Of a stretch of 64,000 bases of DNA, positions 25,461-39,873 are shown piece after piece. This DNA comes from Camelus ferus (Eukaryota): NCBI RefSeq assembly GCF_009834535.1, contig NC_045697.1:73348001-73412000 (forward strand), written 5' to 3'. The notes beneath the pieces are model-generated. The model saw only the letters and a list, made by a program, of their open reading frames with translations. It made no database searches and was not told the DNA's origin. Position numbers and translations under genes: made by a program. How positions within the stretch are numbered: the stretch's first letter is position 1; each line of letters opens with the position of its first letter.

Positions 25461-27812
25461 AGTACCCACATTCATTCACTTTTACATACAATTTGGACAC
25501 TAGATGTATATGTATCAAATACTAGCCTGGGCATTAATTTTTAGAATTGTTCTTTGCAAGACCTTATTTGGTCTAGGCCATTTCTTATTTCTTCATGGTA
25601 CTTCTTCTCATTATATAAATTCTCATTTCTATAAAATTACACCTTTAGTACTCCATGGCAGTATAATAGAATTGTCCCCAAATGCACAAAGCCATACAGA
25701 TGAAATAACAATAGGCTAGAAATGAAAATCTCCAGAAGAACACTTCTTCCATAGGCTCCCTAACTTGGCTTGATTTGATAAGATCTGGGCTTCCTTGTAT
25801 TTTACCATAAATATTTGGTATGTTTTGTTCATTGGACTATGAAAAAATCCAAGCAATAACATTCCAGATTTGTTCAAAGTATCATGAAGGAAATAATGGG
25901 TCAACTTTCGTAAAAAAACAAAAACAAAAACAACAACAACAACAAAAACCCCACCAAGTCATGGTGGGTAGCTTCCAGACACTCACAGATATAAACATAC
26001 ATTTGCAATTTGAGCCCCAAGTTGCTGTCTGAAGTCTCTCTTTCCTCTGCCTGGCAGATCAAGGCACCCTTCACTGGTCTTTCTCCCAGGAAAATTTGCC
26101 TTAGACATGCACGCTTCCTTCCTTATTAAGGTAGATAAGTAATGATAAAGTAATATGAAGTTTGGGAATCTTATGAGCTAACCAGAAAACACTTCTTAGA
26201 GCTCCGTCAACAAGCACTGACTGTCACAGCGGCCATGTTTCCCGGAGAGCCATCCAGGCTGAGACTGCATCAGTTCCTCTGCTTCCAGCCATCCTCCCCG
26301 TACACAAGTGTCAACTGAGCACTGGAAAGCAAGTGACAGAGTCTCCTCTCTCAATCCCTCTCCTTCTTCCCAGTCAAAACCTCAAACTCAGGTAACTAAT
26401 GTTATCCTTAGCTCAAAGGCAGAGGTAGACCTTTGTTTTGAATGAACCTATTTGCAGAAACTGGACATCTTGTAAATAGGCATCTGAATCTTCAAATTAC
26501 CAGACAGGACTAGCGTAATTATTCAGAACAAACAAGTAAAAAATCTCCAAGAATTTGAATAATGACATTATTTCTAAAATTCACTTTTTATAGACACAAA
26601 ATTAGGCTTGTTAAAGTCATACTTCTTAAGCTCTGTGAAACAACTTTGAAATTAAATTTATTTTAAACTATTTTCTAGTAAATACTGTTAATTGAACTCA
26701 TTTAAAAAAATTTGCTGGGTTAAATACAATGGAGAAATTTTTCATAAAATGTGATTTTTATTTTTTTTTCTCCTATATTTGAGATTTTGACTTCCATCAT
26801 AACCTGGATGTCCCTACTTGCAAAAGCACAGATTTCTGATATTACTCTCAAGATTTCAAATAAAAACCAATTTTTTATGCTTGAATTTTAAAAAAATATA
26901 GGTCTCCATTGTTTAGTTTGTCTTCAACTAACCCTTCTCAATATAAAGGATTATTATCTTTCTTTGTTGGGAGGAAGAATTCAGGATAAGACCCCTGAGT
27001 TGTTAACGTTCAATCCAGGAAGGTTTGTTGTGTTTTTTTCCCCAGGGCTGACCTTTGTTATGCTGTAGTTATAGCAACAAGAAGAGTTCCTTCTGTCTGT
27101 CTGTTGTGCTCTCTTTCCAAACTAATGACAGTCTTTTCTAAGCTGTTGTATAGTATGAAGAAAGCGTTACGTGCATTGATTTCTTGATTTATTGATGCAT
27201 TCAGCTAAACCAGCAATTTAAATGGAAATATTTTAAATAAATTCAATTAATTGAAATGGAATTTGCATATTGTAAAGGTTTAGCACTATGGATTGTTCCT
27301 TTAGATATTTTTCCATGTAGTCTTTTAAGTTTCCCTAATCAACTTGCAGTTTAACTTCTCAGTGATCAAGTTTATTTATCCTATCATTATATCTTCTTAA
27401 TCTAAACATGGGGAGAGAGAGAGATTGAAAGAGAACTAGAACAGTCCTCTCCGGGGGATTAATACATTGTAAGAACATGTAGTTTGTCTGCCAAATGTGG
27501 CCACACAATCTCGCTATGACCTTGGGCATTCTAAGTTTCATTTTACTGATCTGGAATATCAGTTTAATTATAGTAATTACCTATCTCAAGGGTTTGTGAG
27601 GTTTAGTTAATGTTAGCAAAGTGTTGGAGCTATTTAGTAGAACAGTACTATAAAAGGCAAACTACCTGAAAATCACATCTCCCTCCTCCCTGCATAGTAT
27701 TTAATGTTATACACTCCTTCTCTTTCGTCTTCAGCGTTAGCATCACATTTATTACTTTGCCCCCTGCCTGCTATATCTCTGTCTATGGTCTTTTCTACCT
27801 GAGACTTACCTT

Positions 27813-28290
27813 TGTCGACTGTAATAAATGCACAGCCTAAAAGTTGAGAGTTATGTTTTATTTGGCGGGAGGACTCGAGCTGGGATGACAGCCTCTCAGA
27901 TCACTCTGAGGGACTGCTCTGAAGAGACAGGGGAGGAGCTAGGATATAAGGAGTTTTGCAACAAAGACCAGGTAGTTGGAACATTAAAATCTTACTTGTT
28001 AACTGAAGAAAACCAGACACCTGAAGTTAAGGAATTTAGCGCTTTTCTATGTATGGGAGGAAGCAAACATTTGGGCTCATTGAATTCACTCCTTTGACGA
28101 GCACCTAGCTATCTAGGGCCAGTATCCTGTCCTTTCTTATTCTGAGTCCCCTCAGGGTGCACCATTGTGAGTGGCTGCAGAGGCTGGGCTGCAGGCTTGT
28201 CTTCACTGGGGGCTGGTGGCAGCCACTGATGACTTGATGGCTCCAGCATTCTTTGTTTACTGATATGGTTCGCAGTATTTTTTGTTCACA
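27813..28290 (-). mobile_element. ERV1-type solo LTR
   Basis: TG...CA termini, 478 bp, 4-bp TSD cctt (27809-27812 and 28291-28294); AATAAA on the minus strand near 27860. Confidence 0.85.
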
Positions 28291-29659
28291 CCTTGGATGA
28301 AAAATGGCCTCTGCCCCACTTCTCTCAGTTACACCGTCACTAGGAGCTCAGACATTCCTGAACCCAACAGGATCAGGATAAACGTGGTATCTGAGTAAGC
28401 AGCGGTGGCTCCGCGCTTCCTTTAGGTAAGAATCACAAACCGCCTGTCCACAATTTACACTGGGGCCTCAAACACCTTTAGCTTGGGTCTGTGGTGTTGA
28501 ATAAACTGAATTAGACTTCCAGTCTCTTTCAAAAATTGGGGGATCTGAAAACACTGTGTCTACATTCTCTCCCCAAAATAATAGCTGACTCTGAGATTAG
28601 AGACGAAGGCTCTAGTGAGCCCATTCTTAGCGCTCCCTAGCACCTAACACGTGTCCACCGAAACACTGGAATTTGCAACCCAGCGCCTCTGAGGACACTT
28701 GCTCCAGCTGCTCACTGCACCACAATGCCTGGCCGGAAGGACAAGCAGGAGCTGGACTCCAGCCCGGAGCTCTGCTTGCCATGCCATGTTCTGGTGGGCC
28801 TCATTTGCATAAAGGCATTCTGGGGACCGGAAATGGCCTGCTTGGTACCCCAGCTATCAGTCGATGAAATACAGCCGTGACTGTCACAGCCACCTTAATC
28901 AGTGTTAGAAAATCAGCATCCAATCTTTGAAATTATATCCTGCAAAATTACATCTAGACTAAGCTTAAAATCGTAGTCAGTTTTATCTCAGCCTCCTATT
29001 TTATGGACCCATTTTCACCTGAAACACACTCCAGTATGAACTACTTTACAAACAGAATGAAAATTTTAACTGTGTTAACTCACTGCAGCTGAAAGAGGAA
29101 CTGTATTTAATTGAAAATTAGCAAAATGATTAAAACGGTAACACATATTGGATAGTCATCATAATGTCATATTTCTTTCTTTGGAGACAACTACTCTTTG
29201 AAAGAGGAGGCCACTGTTCACACCCTAGTCTCTTTCCCGTAACCGCTAACATTATATGATGGTACCATGGCTTGAAAGAACAGTGGTTTTTAACCTATTT
29301 GTAACTTAGCTCTTTCAAAATGCATGATGATTTGATGACATTTCCTTTTGAGTGTTTCTATTTTTAAAGCTATTCTATCCTTGTAATTTTGGCTACCTTG
29401 CATCAGTGAAGAAGAAACAATTCTGTTATCCAAGGGCAACACTAATTGATTTACACCTCTTCCCTTACCAAATTTCAAGCATCCAAAATTTGAACACTGT
29501 CCAATGAAAGCTAACCTCTAGCTATGTTGCTGACCACTAAGGTACTCCCCAAAGAAATCCAGCTATGTGGATCTTTTCTCTATACAAAACATAATATAAC
29601 TTGGTTCTTTAACCATATAGAGAAGGGACATTGTCAGATTTCTACTGACTACAAGAAAG

Positions 29660-30150
29660 AGAGAATTCCTCCAACTGGCTTAGGTGAGAAGTTCGCAGGT
29701 TGGGCAGGCTCCAGGCATGGAGCCATCTGAGGCTCCGGCGTGTCACGGGCATCGCAGGCTCTTCCCACCTCTTGGCTCTGACATCCTCATCATTTTGGCT
29801 CTTCCCCGAGGCAGGCTTCCCTCACAGTTCCTGTTACAGCAGTTCCAGGCATCACATCCAGGCATAAAAAACATTCAAGTAAAGAAAAGGACTGTCTTTT
29901 TTCGTGTGTCTGTGTCTTTTAGAGTGAGAACACTTCCTAGAAGCACTGAGGCTGACTTCCACTAAGATCTCATTAGGCAAAATTAGGTCCCATGCCCACC
30001 CCCTAAACCAACCGCTCTCAAAGAGAATGAGATTGACTTGGTTTCATAAGTATCTGCTATCCCTGGAGCTAGAGATGAGATCATCCTGAAGCCACGCCAG
30101 TGTGGCGGATAGGAAATACCTGAGCATAATCTTGGTTCAATTAGGAAAGA
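29660..30150 (-). mobile_element. MaLR LTR (MLT1-like) remnant
   Basis: Motifs ctcattaggcaaaattaggtcccatgcccaccccctaaaccaa and cagcagttccaggcatcacatcc. Confidence 0.55.
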
Positions 30151-31369
30151 GGAAGAAGGAGGTAGGGGATTAGATGGGTGTTGGTGAGGTGGGTATCAGT
30201 GTCTCCCGTTGCTTTATATAACTCCATCACCTCATTCCTGCTCTCTTAGAAAAGCTAACCAGTTCTAAATCTCATGAATCCTGCCAGATTATACATGATA
30301 AGAGGAAGTCAGCTTATGGATGCCAGCTCTTTATCACGAATGAAATAGTGAATTATAATTTCGGCCATGAATGTCTGTAGGCAGAGCTTTTTTTTTAGCA
30401 ACATGGCTTTCTGGGCCAGGTTTTGATTTATCAACCTATCCTTCGAGATTCCATCAAGTTCTTCTTAAAAGTGTGTGTTATGCTACACAAATCAAGAAAT
30501 ATCTGAGCTGAAGATAAAAGAGATGGGGCTAAAAGCTCTGGATAAAAGCAAAGAGACTGAGGAAGTTAAAGTAAGTTAAATTAAGAGAAATCGTAAAAAA
30601 TTTCCTGGTATGACACATCTATTTCTATAACTAAGTCCGTCATGAATAATTTCCTCTTATAACTTCTGCTGGCCCTCACAACTATTACTTTGCTATATTT
30701 GCAAGGTATCTGAAGCAAAGTAAATAGCCAGTCTTTAAAATTTCAAGTTGATCCCCAAACTGACTCAAATTTGCAAAAATCTGGCATAATTTAAAAGTAA
30801 ATAAATAGAAGCAACACTTAGCAGAAGGTTCCTAACATAAACAAAGCTGTGCACGTTTTGTTTATTTATGGGATCCATGCAAAAGTGCCATATTCATTTA
30901 AAAATATTCAGCACAAGAGTGATTGATTTAAAAAATTGAATAGAATTAAGGAGGAGAAGCATTCCTTAAACCTAAAAGTTTGGTAAAAAAGAAGAATGAC
31001 CATTTTATTGTAATATTATACTTGGGAAAACATTTTTCTCCTTTATGTATATTGAGATTTTCTTAAAGGTTGACTGTGAGTAAAGTAGCCACCATTTCTC
31101 GAAATTGTATTTGACTTGGGAGGTAGCAAACTCCACCTTTTATATAATACCTGTATGTTGTTCAAGGTTAAGTGCTGAAATATAAGTGTGTCATCTCCCG
31201 TATTAGTCTTTTTCACTCAGTGAATTTTGACAGCACTCCCAAGAGACAAAACAATTTAAAAATCCCTATCTCTGGAACTCACATCCTGCTGACTTCTCCT
31301 GACTCATGGATGGTCAGCTGATGGCCATCCACTCTTCCTTTCCAGCCTCGATTATTCTCTATCATGTTT

Positions 31370-32070
31370 TAACTAAATAAACATTTCTTAAATACCGGTT
31401 AGATACACGGCATAGGGTCAAGAACTGAGGGAATGAGATACTGCCCCAGAGAAACTGATCATCTAACAGAGACGACCCAGCCAAGGAGAAAGCACACACA
31501 CACGTGCAGATTGCATGACAATTATCTCACTTTTTTTTAACAAGAAGAATTGAAATGAATAGTAAAGTGTAACAAAAAACAGACCCTGCGAATATCTATA
31601 TTGGAAGTGTTAAGTAGAGTGTCGTGACAGCAAATAGGAAGGACTGGACAATTTGGAGGGTTGGGATGCTCCTTAGAAAGACCTCACAAAAGAATTCTTC
31701 TTTGAACTGGATTGACTATAAATGGAGAAGAGAAGAAAGAATATGTGGGGTAAAGGAAATAGTGTAAGCAAAAGCTGAAGAAACACAAGAATGTATCAGA
31801 ACCCACAAACAGTGTGTTGGTAAATGTGGCTACAGTTCAGGGACCCTCTAAGAAGAGAAAAAGTGATGGAAAATGAGACCCAGGAAGAACAGAGTCAAAT
31901 TGCATATAACCTTAACATTATGCTAAGGAAAAAAAAAAGACCTGCTTAGTAGTAAAAAGAGACCATTAAATATTTTGAGTACAGGATGTTTACTATCAGT
32001 TTTTGGTTTTTGGTTATGGGTTTTTGAAGAAAGTCCTTCTGATTTACATTGGAGTATGATTTGGAGGAAG
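31370..32070 (-). mobile_element. L2 LINE remnant
   Basis: L2-like 3' end and purine-rich body. Confidence 0.5.
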
Positions 32071-34051
32071 GAGAGACATTCTGTCCCTTCAGGACATTTT
32101 AGATTCAGATCCTTGCTACAGAATAAAACAGGAAGGAGACCACGTAGAAAACTTTAGAAATGCCTACAGTTTATTTAAAGGACAGACGAGCTTCAGAAGA
32201 CAAGAAAGAGTCATCAGGAAGGGAGATAGTGAAAGGAATTCCCAAAAGGAGGGATATCCCTAAATTGCTGAGTGGTCCACAGAAATAACGATGCTGAGAG
32301 GTCCAGAAAGGCTTGAAAGAAGCTGCCAGGGGCAATGCCAGGATTGTACTAGAGCAGTTTTATTCTCACCACTAATTGGTTCAGGAAGAGATGGCAGACT
32401 CCCACTACTATCACTGCTCTGAGTATACCCCACAACTGGCTTCTGCTCATTCATGTACCAAAACTAGGGATATTTTATGGGAACCTATTATTTACTTTAT
32501 GTGGAAAAAACAGAAACTAGAGGTGCCTGCTGTGTATTTGAGCTTGCCCCACGTAGAAGCCAACACTTTTGGCAATAAGGGCTTTTTGCCATTAACAAAG
32601 ACTTTATGGTTACAAGGATAACTATGCAGTTAGGCCACACCTTGATGAAGGTCTCTGCACCTCCATCAAGATGATGAAGAGAGGTCCACAGATTCTAACC
32701 TTGCCTACTTCCCAACACTCACCTCCTCATCAGGACTCATCAGGATCGTCAAGACTCATGCACTTTACCACTATTTTTGTCATTCAAAACCAGTAACCCT
32801 GGATTCCCAGGACGTAGTTTATTTTCCACATTCTTATTTCCATACAGCTCTCTACTTGTGCTTTCAGTAGCCAGCTAGCTCCCTGACTCCTAAAGCGGGT
32901 TGTCATTGGCAAAATCCCCCGTGTCTTCAACAACTTCTCTGAAAGTTCCCTTTATCTTCTTGCCCATGATGAAATGTGGTTCCTTTAGATGCACTGCATG
33001 CCCTGTATCTCAAATGGTGAAGATATGGAAGGTTCATCCTTGCTCTTTGTTGTCACTTACAGACTAGTCTATGCTCCCCAACACCTGTCTTTCCTGCTTT
33101 AACATTAATGTCACCACCCTATACCATCTACTTCTGTTCCTTGTTTCAATCATCTAAAGGACTTTGGAGTTCTCCTTAATCTTGGACAAATTTAGCATTA
33201 GCTCCTGGCTCACTCCACCATAACTCTTTCCTTGATTTGGAGTAATTTCAGTATTTAGGTATGTAATTATTCAAGTACTCTTGAGTCCTTGACCGTCTCC
33301 CTCCAATGGTAGTTTCTTCCACATTGACTCAGTCACCAAACTCTTTGTTCACACTCTAGACCCACTGTCTACTCATCACCTCATATCTTTCTAGATCACT
33401 TCCTCAAATCCTTAGCTCTCAAATATCTTTCAACTCTCCCTCCCACCAGACCTAAAATCCACTGATCCTATAACAGTTTCCCTCACCCATCATGACTTCG
33501 ATTCCCTTTATACCCAGATTACTCAATTATTATAAACACTCCCTTTCAAACATTCTCCATTTCCCGTGATTGGTCAGTTTGAACACTCTTCCATAGGACT
33601 CAATTCATTTGGTTTTCTCTTAGCTAAACTTCATAAGCAAAACCCTTACTCTAGTTAAACACAGCCTGATACTTCCTTCATTCCTGTGCCTGAACTGCTG
33701 AATGTGGCTGAAAAAAAAATTTACAAATCTCTTTCTCTCTTTAGCTTTGTGGCGATTACTCAAGTGGGCATTTAATGATACAGAATAATTATATTACTTT
33801 GAGTGTCCCTCTTTCCTCTCTTTCTGTTTCATATATCAAACCTTTAAAACTTCTTCCTAGTTCTTTATTCCAGTTCTCTACATTCACTGAATTCATGGAA
33901 ACCATGAGAATAAAAATTCTATAAGCTCCCATCATCACAACTACTCATCTAGAATCTGTATACAGACATTTTTTCTTTTCCTCCTATCAGAATAAACTCT
34001 AAATGTTCTTACTTAAAGTCAAACTGCACATTTCCTTTTTTAAAATCAATG

Positions 34052-34170
34052 TTTTCCTCCCTTCCTTCCTTCCTTCCTTTCTTTCTTGTTTTAATGGAGG
34101 TGCAGGGGATTGAACCCAGGACCTCATGCGTGCTAAGCATGTGCTCTACCACTGAGCTGTGCCCTCCCCC
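34052..34170 (-). mobile_element. tRNA-derived SINE (Vic-1-like, short form) inserted in L2
   Basis: Same tRNA head on the minus strand, followed by a GAAG/GAAA-rich tail. Confidence 0.85.
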
Positions 34171-34300
34171 TGCCATATTTTCATTAGACTTTATCTGCTC
34201 TGGCCCCACTCAAGAACCTCATTCTTGCAATTCTACCCTCTCCTTCATCATCAAATTAGTCCTCTTAACTGTACCATTACCATCAGACTATCACTACACA

Positions 34301-34331
34301 AAGAGAGAGATAGAGAGATAGAGAGATAGAG

Positions 34332-34383
<52 letters not shown>

Positions 34384-34388
34384 AATAA
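34301..34388. repeat. (GA)n/(GATA)n microsatellite
   Basis: Direct observation. Confidence 0.95.
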
Positions 34389-35164
34389 ATATATTTAGCC
34401 CCATTTCCCCCAACCTAGAGTATAGTCGCTTCCTTTGACAGAAAAGTTTCCTGGTGGAATGGTATATATGAAATGTCACATTGTCCTTTTTATGTATTGA
34501 ATTGACTCCAATCAGGCTCTCGTCAAGATTTTCAATGACTTGTACCTCGTTAAGTCCAGAGTTTTCAGTCTTCCTTTTATTTGACCCATCAGTAGCATTT
34601 GACATTTTCTTCACTTGGCTTTTAGGAAACCACGTTCCTGGTTTACCTCCTGCCTTGCTAACCTCTTAACAGTGAAGTGACCCATGGTTTAGACATTAGT
34701 CTTCTTTTTGTTGTCTGTCTACACTCACTCCCTTTTTGTTTTTATCCAATCTCATAGTTTTAAATTATATCTATATCCTAAAGTCTTCAATATGTAGATC
34801 TCCTATCCAGATTTTTATATCTGACAATTTGAAAATTCCACTGAAATTATTTAAAATTGAACACCTCTGTTCCTACTGCCACCAAAACTGAAACTCAGTT
34901 AATGTCAACTATATCACTCCAGTTACTCATATCAGAAATCTTGGTATCATTCTTGACTCTTCTTTCTCTCTCAGAACCCACAACTAATCATTAGCAAATC
35001 CTATTTGCCCTGCTGCCATAAGGTATCAAGAATCAGACAACTTCTTACCACCTAAGCTATTGACACTCTGGTTCATACCATCAGCATCTCTCGCCTAGAG
35101 ACCCTCATGGTTGATCCTCTCCTTCCCTCCTTTTCTCATACAGTCTATTGTTAACACTACGATT

Positions 35165-37457
35165 CATCCCCTGTGGCCAGCAGAGAATGAAAAGTGAAGA
35201 CTCGGTATTTAACTAAAGAAGAGTAGAGATCTTTAGAAAGCAGACCCCTCTACTCCAGGAGGTCTGCTATGGGAAAGTCAGGCCCCAGCCTGGGAAGGAG
35301 AAGAACTCTGAAACCTGGGATGTACATGTCTGGGTTGCCGAAGTTCCACACAGTAAATGTCCAGATATTCCTGAACCCACTGAGACTGTCAAAGTGATGC
35401 ACTCCTTATTAATTAATCAGCTAGACTAACTTTGTTTGAAGTGTCTTCACTGCAAGACCAGATGTGCTCTTCTCAGGATATGCCTCCACTTCTCCCCCTT
35501 CCTCCCTCCTAGTCCCTAAGCCAATGACTATGGTTAAGTTACAAACTAGCTGATCTGGGGGAGTACTGAGTCTGCTAAATCAGCAACGAGATTGTAAGCT
35601 GAATGAAAAGCTAGCCAATGTGGAGTAGCTGGATCCAGGAGAGTACACATGGGATGGCTTTCTGAGGATGTCAGATAAAAGAGAGCTTTTTGATCCAGGT
35701 TACAGGATTTAAAACCCATGCAAAGTCCTGGAAGGGGGGCAAACAGGATGCTGGGATAGCTCCCAGAAGCTTAGAGAAAATGATGGACTCTACTCTGTGA
35801 GGCAGAAGTACAGGGACTGTACAGTACAGACGTAGAGGGATCAAAGGGCTCACAGAGGCAGGCATGCCCAAGCGGGTACACTCAGGTCAGAATACCTACC
35901 AGAACACTATGTTCTACGGAGAAAATTCCATTTACCAGAGGGATAAGGGATATGCTGGTGAGAAGACTGCGAGCATTACTGAGATGCTCAGTGGTGCCTG
36001 TCCTCTAGAGATTAGGGATGACAGTAGGAGATAACAGTTAATAACTGGGCTCACTGACAGCAATGAGACTCATAGGATCTCTAGTTAATAGAGGCAGGGT
36101 GGCAGGGCTGAACTGTCAGAAACCAGTTGGCGCAATTATTATAATGAACTGCAACATCAGCGTGGAGGCCAGGAGACGACCTGCAGAGAGCTACAGAAGT
36201 GCAGCTAAGGGTAAGCTGTATGGGCAGCCAACAGAGGTTCTGCTCAAGCTGTAAAACAAAAAATAAAGGATGGATGATCAGGAGACTGAAATAGTTATCC
36301 TAAAAAGTTTCAATCTCTTACCCAATTCCAGACCTGAGTGAGTTTTCAGAGCTAGAAATGTTTACTTGAAGGAGAGACATACTTCAGAAGGAAGAAACCT
36401 GCAATACCATGGAAAGAGTACACAGTACCCACACAGTAATGATTATCTCAGTCCCTTCTAAGTAGACCTTGACATTTACTTGGGTAACTTTACACTGGAG
36501 TGAGAGAGAAAGTCCAAACCTTTCAAGATCTCTTGAGACAGGGTCCAAGTTGACATAGCTATATGGAGACCCAAAGCATCATTAGGGCCCTTCTGTTTGG
36601 GGTAGAAGTAGGGGGACTTAATCAATGGAGTAGTCCCAAGCATGGCTCACAGTGGGTTCACCGGCATCACTGGGTTTTTGGACTCACTTGGTCTCTGAAT
36701 GCACAATTAAAACTGACATACTTAGCTTTTGAAAATTGCCGATATTGGCTGCTTGGCTTTTAGGTTAAGAACTATCAAAGTGAGAAATGCAAAGGCAAAG
36801 TCTCTGAAACTTGCCCTTCGGATATATCTGGATGTAGTATACTGAAACCAGGGGAGGGTAAGGAAATATTACTGCCTCTGTGAAAGACATAATGGATTCA
36901 GGACTAGTGACCCACCTTATACTTCCATTTAATTCACCAGTCGGGTCCCTACAAAACCCAGATGGGTCCTGAATTTTACAGTGGACTACTTACTGAAAAC
37001 TCAGCCTAGAAATCCCAAGTCCAGTTGCTTTGCTAAATGTGGTATCTTTGCCAGAGCTAGTTAACAACTCCTTAGGTACATGGCACAGAGTAAGTGATGT
37101 GGCCAGAGTGTTCTTTTCTATCTCTTCAGGAAAGAGAGCAAGAAACCATTTGTATTCACTTCAGATTCACAGTCTCAGTTCAGCACTGTGTTAACTCTCC
37201 TGTCCTAAGTCAAGATATATAGTCTAAAGGTTCCTCAACTATAGCTTCTACTAGCCCAGTGGACATGGTCCCAGATAGAGAACACTTCCAACAGGAGTCC
37301 TGGTGAGCGTGCCTTCATCTTTAAGTTACGGCTGCCAATGGGTCACTTTGGGCTAATTGCGCCTATTTCCTTTCCCCATCTTCGCTGTTCTTCCCAAGAG
37401 CATTCTCCGAATTACAGAGTCTGACAGCCTGTTTCCCTGAGAATTGGCCTTCAACAA
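35165..37457 (+). mobile_element. Class III endogenous retrovirus (ERVL / LTR16-associated) internal remnant with degenerate RT
   Basis: ~36925-37160 reads, with stops and frameshifts, PFNSPVGSLQNPDGS*...VVSLPELVNNSLGTWHRVSDVARVFFSI, like ERVL RT; LTR-like end at ~37370-37457. Confidence 0.75.
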
Positions 37458-37641
37458 CTTGAAATCTAGCATAGAATTTACTCATTTATTGTTCTTATTG
37501 CTTATTTTCTCTTTCTTCCCTAAAGAATGTGAGATCCATGAGGGCAGGAATTTTTGTTTGCTTCCTTTTCAAGTATAATCTATCATCCTAGAACAGGTCC
37601 TGGTTCATTGAAAGCACTCAAGAAATATTTGAATAAATGAG
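37458..37641 (+). mobile_element. L2 3' end (continuation)
   Basis: agaatgtgagatccatgagggcagg...gcactcaagaaatatttgaataaatga. Confidence 0.75.
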
Positions 37642-38159
37642 TGTTGTATCTGAAGGCTTAATTTATTAACTTTAACTTTTGGAGGTTATGACTGGTTTGG
37701 TAATTTTAATGCCTCTAAAATTATCTTGTTTTAGAGCACTTTGCTATATGAAATAAATGTCTTGAAATCTACCTAAAACCTTATTTTAAGTATATCTAGT
37801 GATTATATAATTTGCAATTAGTTTTTAAATGCCTTTATAATTTTTCAAATTACCTAAGTAATTTTTACTCAGATAGCATAGAGATGCACAATGGACAGGT
37901 AATGTTGCAATCCAGAGAGAAATACTGTCAGATGACCATTCTTTAATATTCTTTCTAAGGACTACATAAATATATTTTTAAGTTTACCTAAGTAAGATTT
38001 ATCTTTGTTATTAATATTTCTATCTTTTTTTTTGTTTTGATTATTTGCACTACTCCCAGCCCAATTGCTCTCCCCATCACTAAGTTTTATATTCTACTTT
38101 TCTCCATGTATATATAATCATTTACAAATACGTTTGCACCTTGCAAGTTTGGGCACCAT

Positions 38160-38590
38160 TTGCTTCAGGTATTGTAGAGGTACCACCCAGATCCCCCTTT
38201 AATGAAAGACTAGAAGCTAGGACTGCTGTCAGCTCTCATTTCCATCAGGGATTGCCTCAGCTGCAGAGAGCTGCCACACCCAAGATCACAGTATTTCCCA
38301 AGCAGCCCAGATCAAGTAAATACCTGATATAGGTCAGAGTATGACCTACTGGCCATTTTGGCCCAGTGCAGAGACATGCTGATGACCCACTTTGGTCCTA
38401 GACTACCCCCTGGGTCAGCCAAGATTCTCATCAGGTCTGTTTCACAGTTCAGTTTCACCCTCTGCCCCTATCTTGGCTTTCCCTCCCCTCCCTTCCACAG
38501 GTGTTGATTCTAAAACACTCCCTAATAAATATCATAGAGTCTAAACTCCATCTCAGATTCTGCTTCCTGGAGAATCCAACCTGAGTAACG
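38160..38590 (+). mobile_element. LTR16-like ERVL LTR
   Basis: cccagatccccctt start motif, cctcagctgcagagagctgcc, AATAAA, then ctccatctcagattctgcttcctggagaatccaacct. Confidence 0.7.
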
Positions 38591-39199
38591 GATCACATTA
38601 TGTATTCATCTCTGCATCTTGCTTTTCTCCCTCACTATAATCATGGATTCTGTCCCAGACAAATGACATAGATCTAATGCTTTCTTTTGAATGACTGTGT
38701 AATTTTCCAGGGTTTTCATGTACCACAATTTGTTCAACTTTTCATACAAGGGAACATTCTAGTAGTTTCCAAATTTTATTTTTAACCACATGAAAAGTTC
38801 TGAAATAAATGTCCCTGTCACAGACCAATCAAACTCAAAACTACATGATTACTTGCAAAGTTCCTATTACTTTCTTTTCGCTCATCAACTCTCCTTTATT
38901 TCTTTAATCAAGTCTACAGTAGTCCAGTTACATCTTCATCTACTTTCTGAGAGTTCCAGTATTATCAACACAGGTCAATCATTTAAGGGATTTATGGCTG
39001 ATATCTATAGAATCAAAATTCTTTATAATTTCTCAGTCATTCTTTTCTTAATTTTCTTAATTTTGTGAAAATCTGAAAACAGTACTATCAATATTCTCTA
39101 GCTGGGATAAATCACTCCCATAAAAGTAATAAGGCCACTTTTACTTTTGTCTTAATCTAACCCATGTGCACTGAAAAAAATATTAAAATCTATACATTT

Positions 39200-39873
39200 T
39201 TAATTAATTAATTTTTATTAGATTATAGTTGTTTACAATGTTATGTTAGTTTCAGGTGTATAGCAATATGATTCAGTTCTTATATATGTGTATATATATA
39301 TATATTCTTTTTCAGATTTTTTTCTATTGTAGGTTATTATAAGATACTGAATATAGTTCTCTGTGCTATACAGTAGGTCCTTGTTGTTTATACATTTTAT
39401 ATATAGTAGTGTGTATCTATTGATCTCAAAATCCTATTTTATCCCTCCCCTTCTTCCCCTTTGGTAACCATAAGTTTCTTTCCTTTGTCCGTGAGTCTAT
39501 TTCCATTTTGTAAATAAGTTCATTTGTTTCATTTTTTTTGGTTCCACATATAAGTGATATCATATGATATTTGTCTTTACTTCACTTAGTATGATAATCT
39601 CTAGGTCCATCCATGTTCCTGCAAATGGCATTATTTCATTCTTTTTTATGGCTGAGTAATATTCCACTGTATATAAACACCACATACTCTTTATCCATTC
39701 ATCTGTTGATGAACATTTAGGTTGCTTTAATGTGTTGGCTATTGTAAGTTGTGCTGCTATGAACACTGGGATGCATGTATCCTTTTGAATTAGAACTTTT
39801 ATCTTTTCCAGATAAATGCCCAGGAATAGGATTGCTGGGTCATATGGTAACTCTACTTTTAGGTTTTTAAGGA
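39200..39873 (-). mobile_element. 5'-truncated L1 (ORF2 C-terminus plus 3' UTR)
   Basis: ORF 39560-39766 MFIAAQLTIANTLKQPKCSSTDEWIK...YYSAIKKNEIMPFAGTWMDLE is the L1 ORF2p C-terminal motif. Confidence 0.93.

Larger units (their letters stand above)
32800..35160 (+). mobile_element. L2 LINE body, interrupted by a SINE, a (GATA)n repeat and an ERVL
   Basis: Pyrimidine-rich L2 motifs: cagtagcatttgaca, aaatcttggtatcattcttgactcttctttctctctca. Confidence 0.7.
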
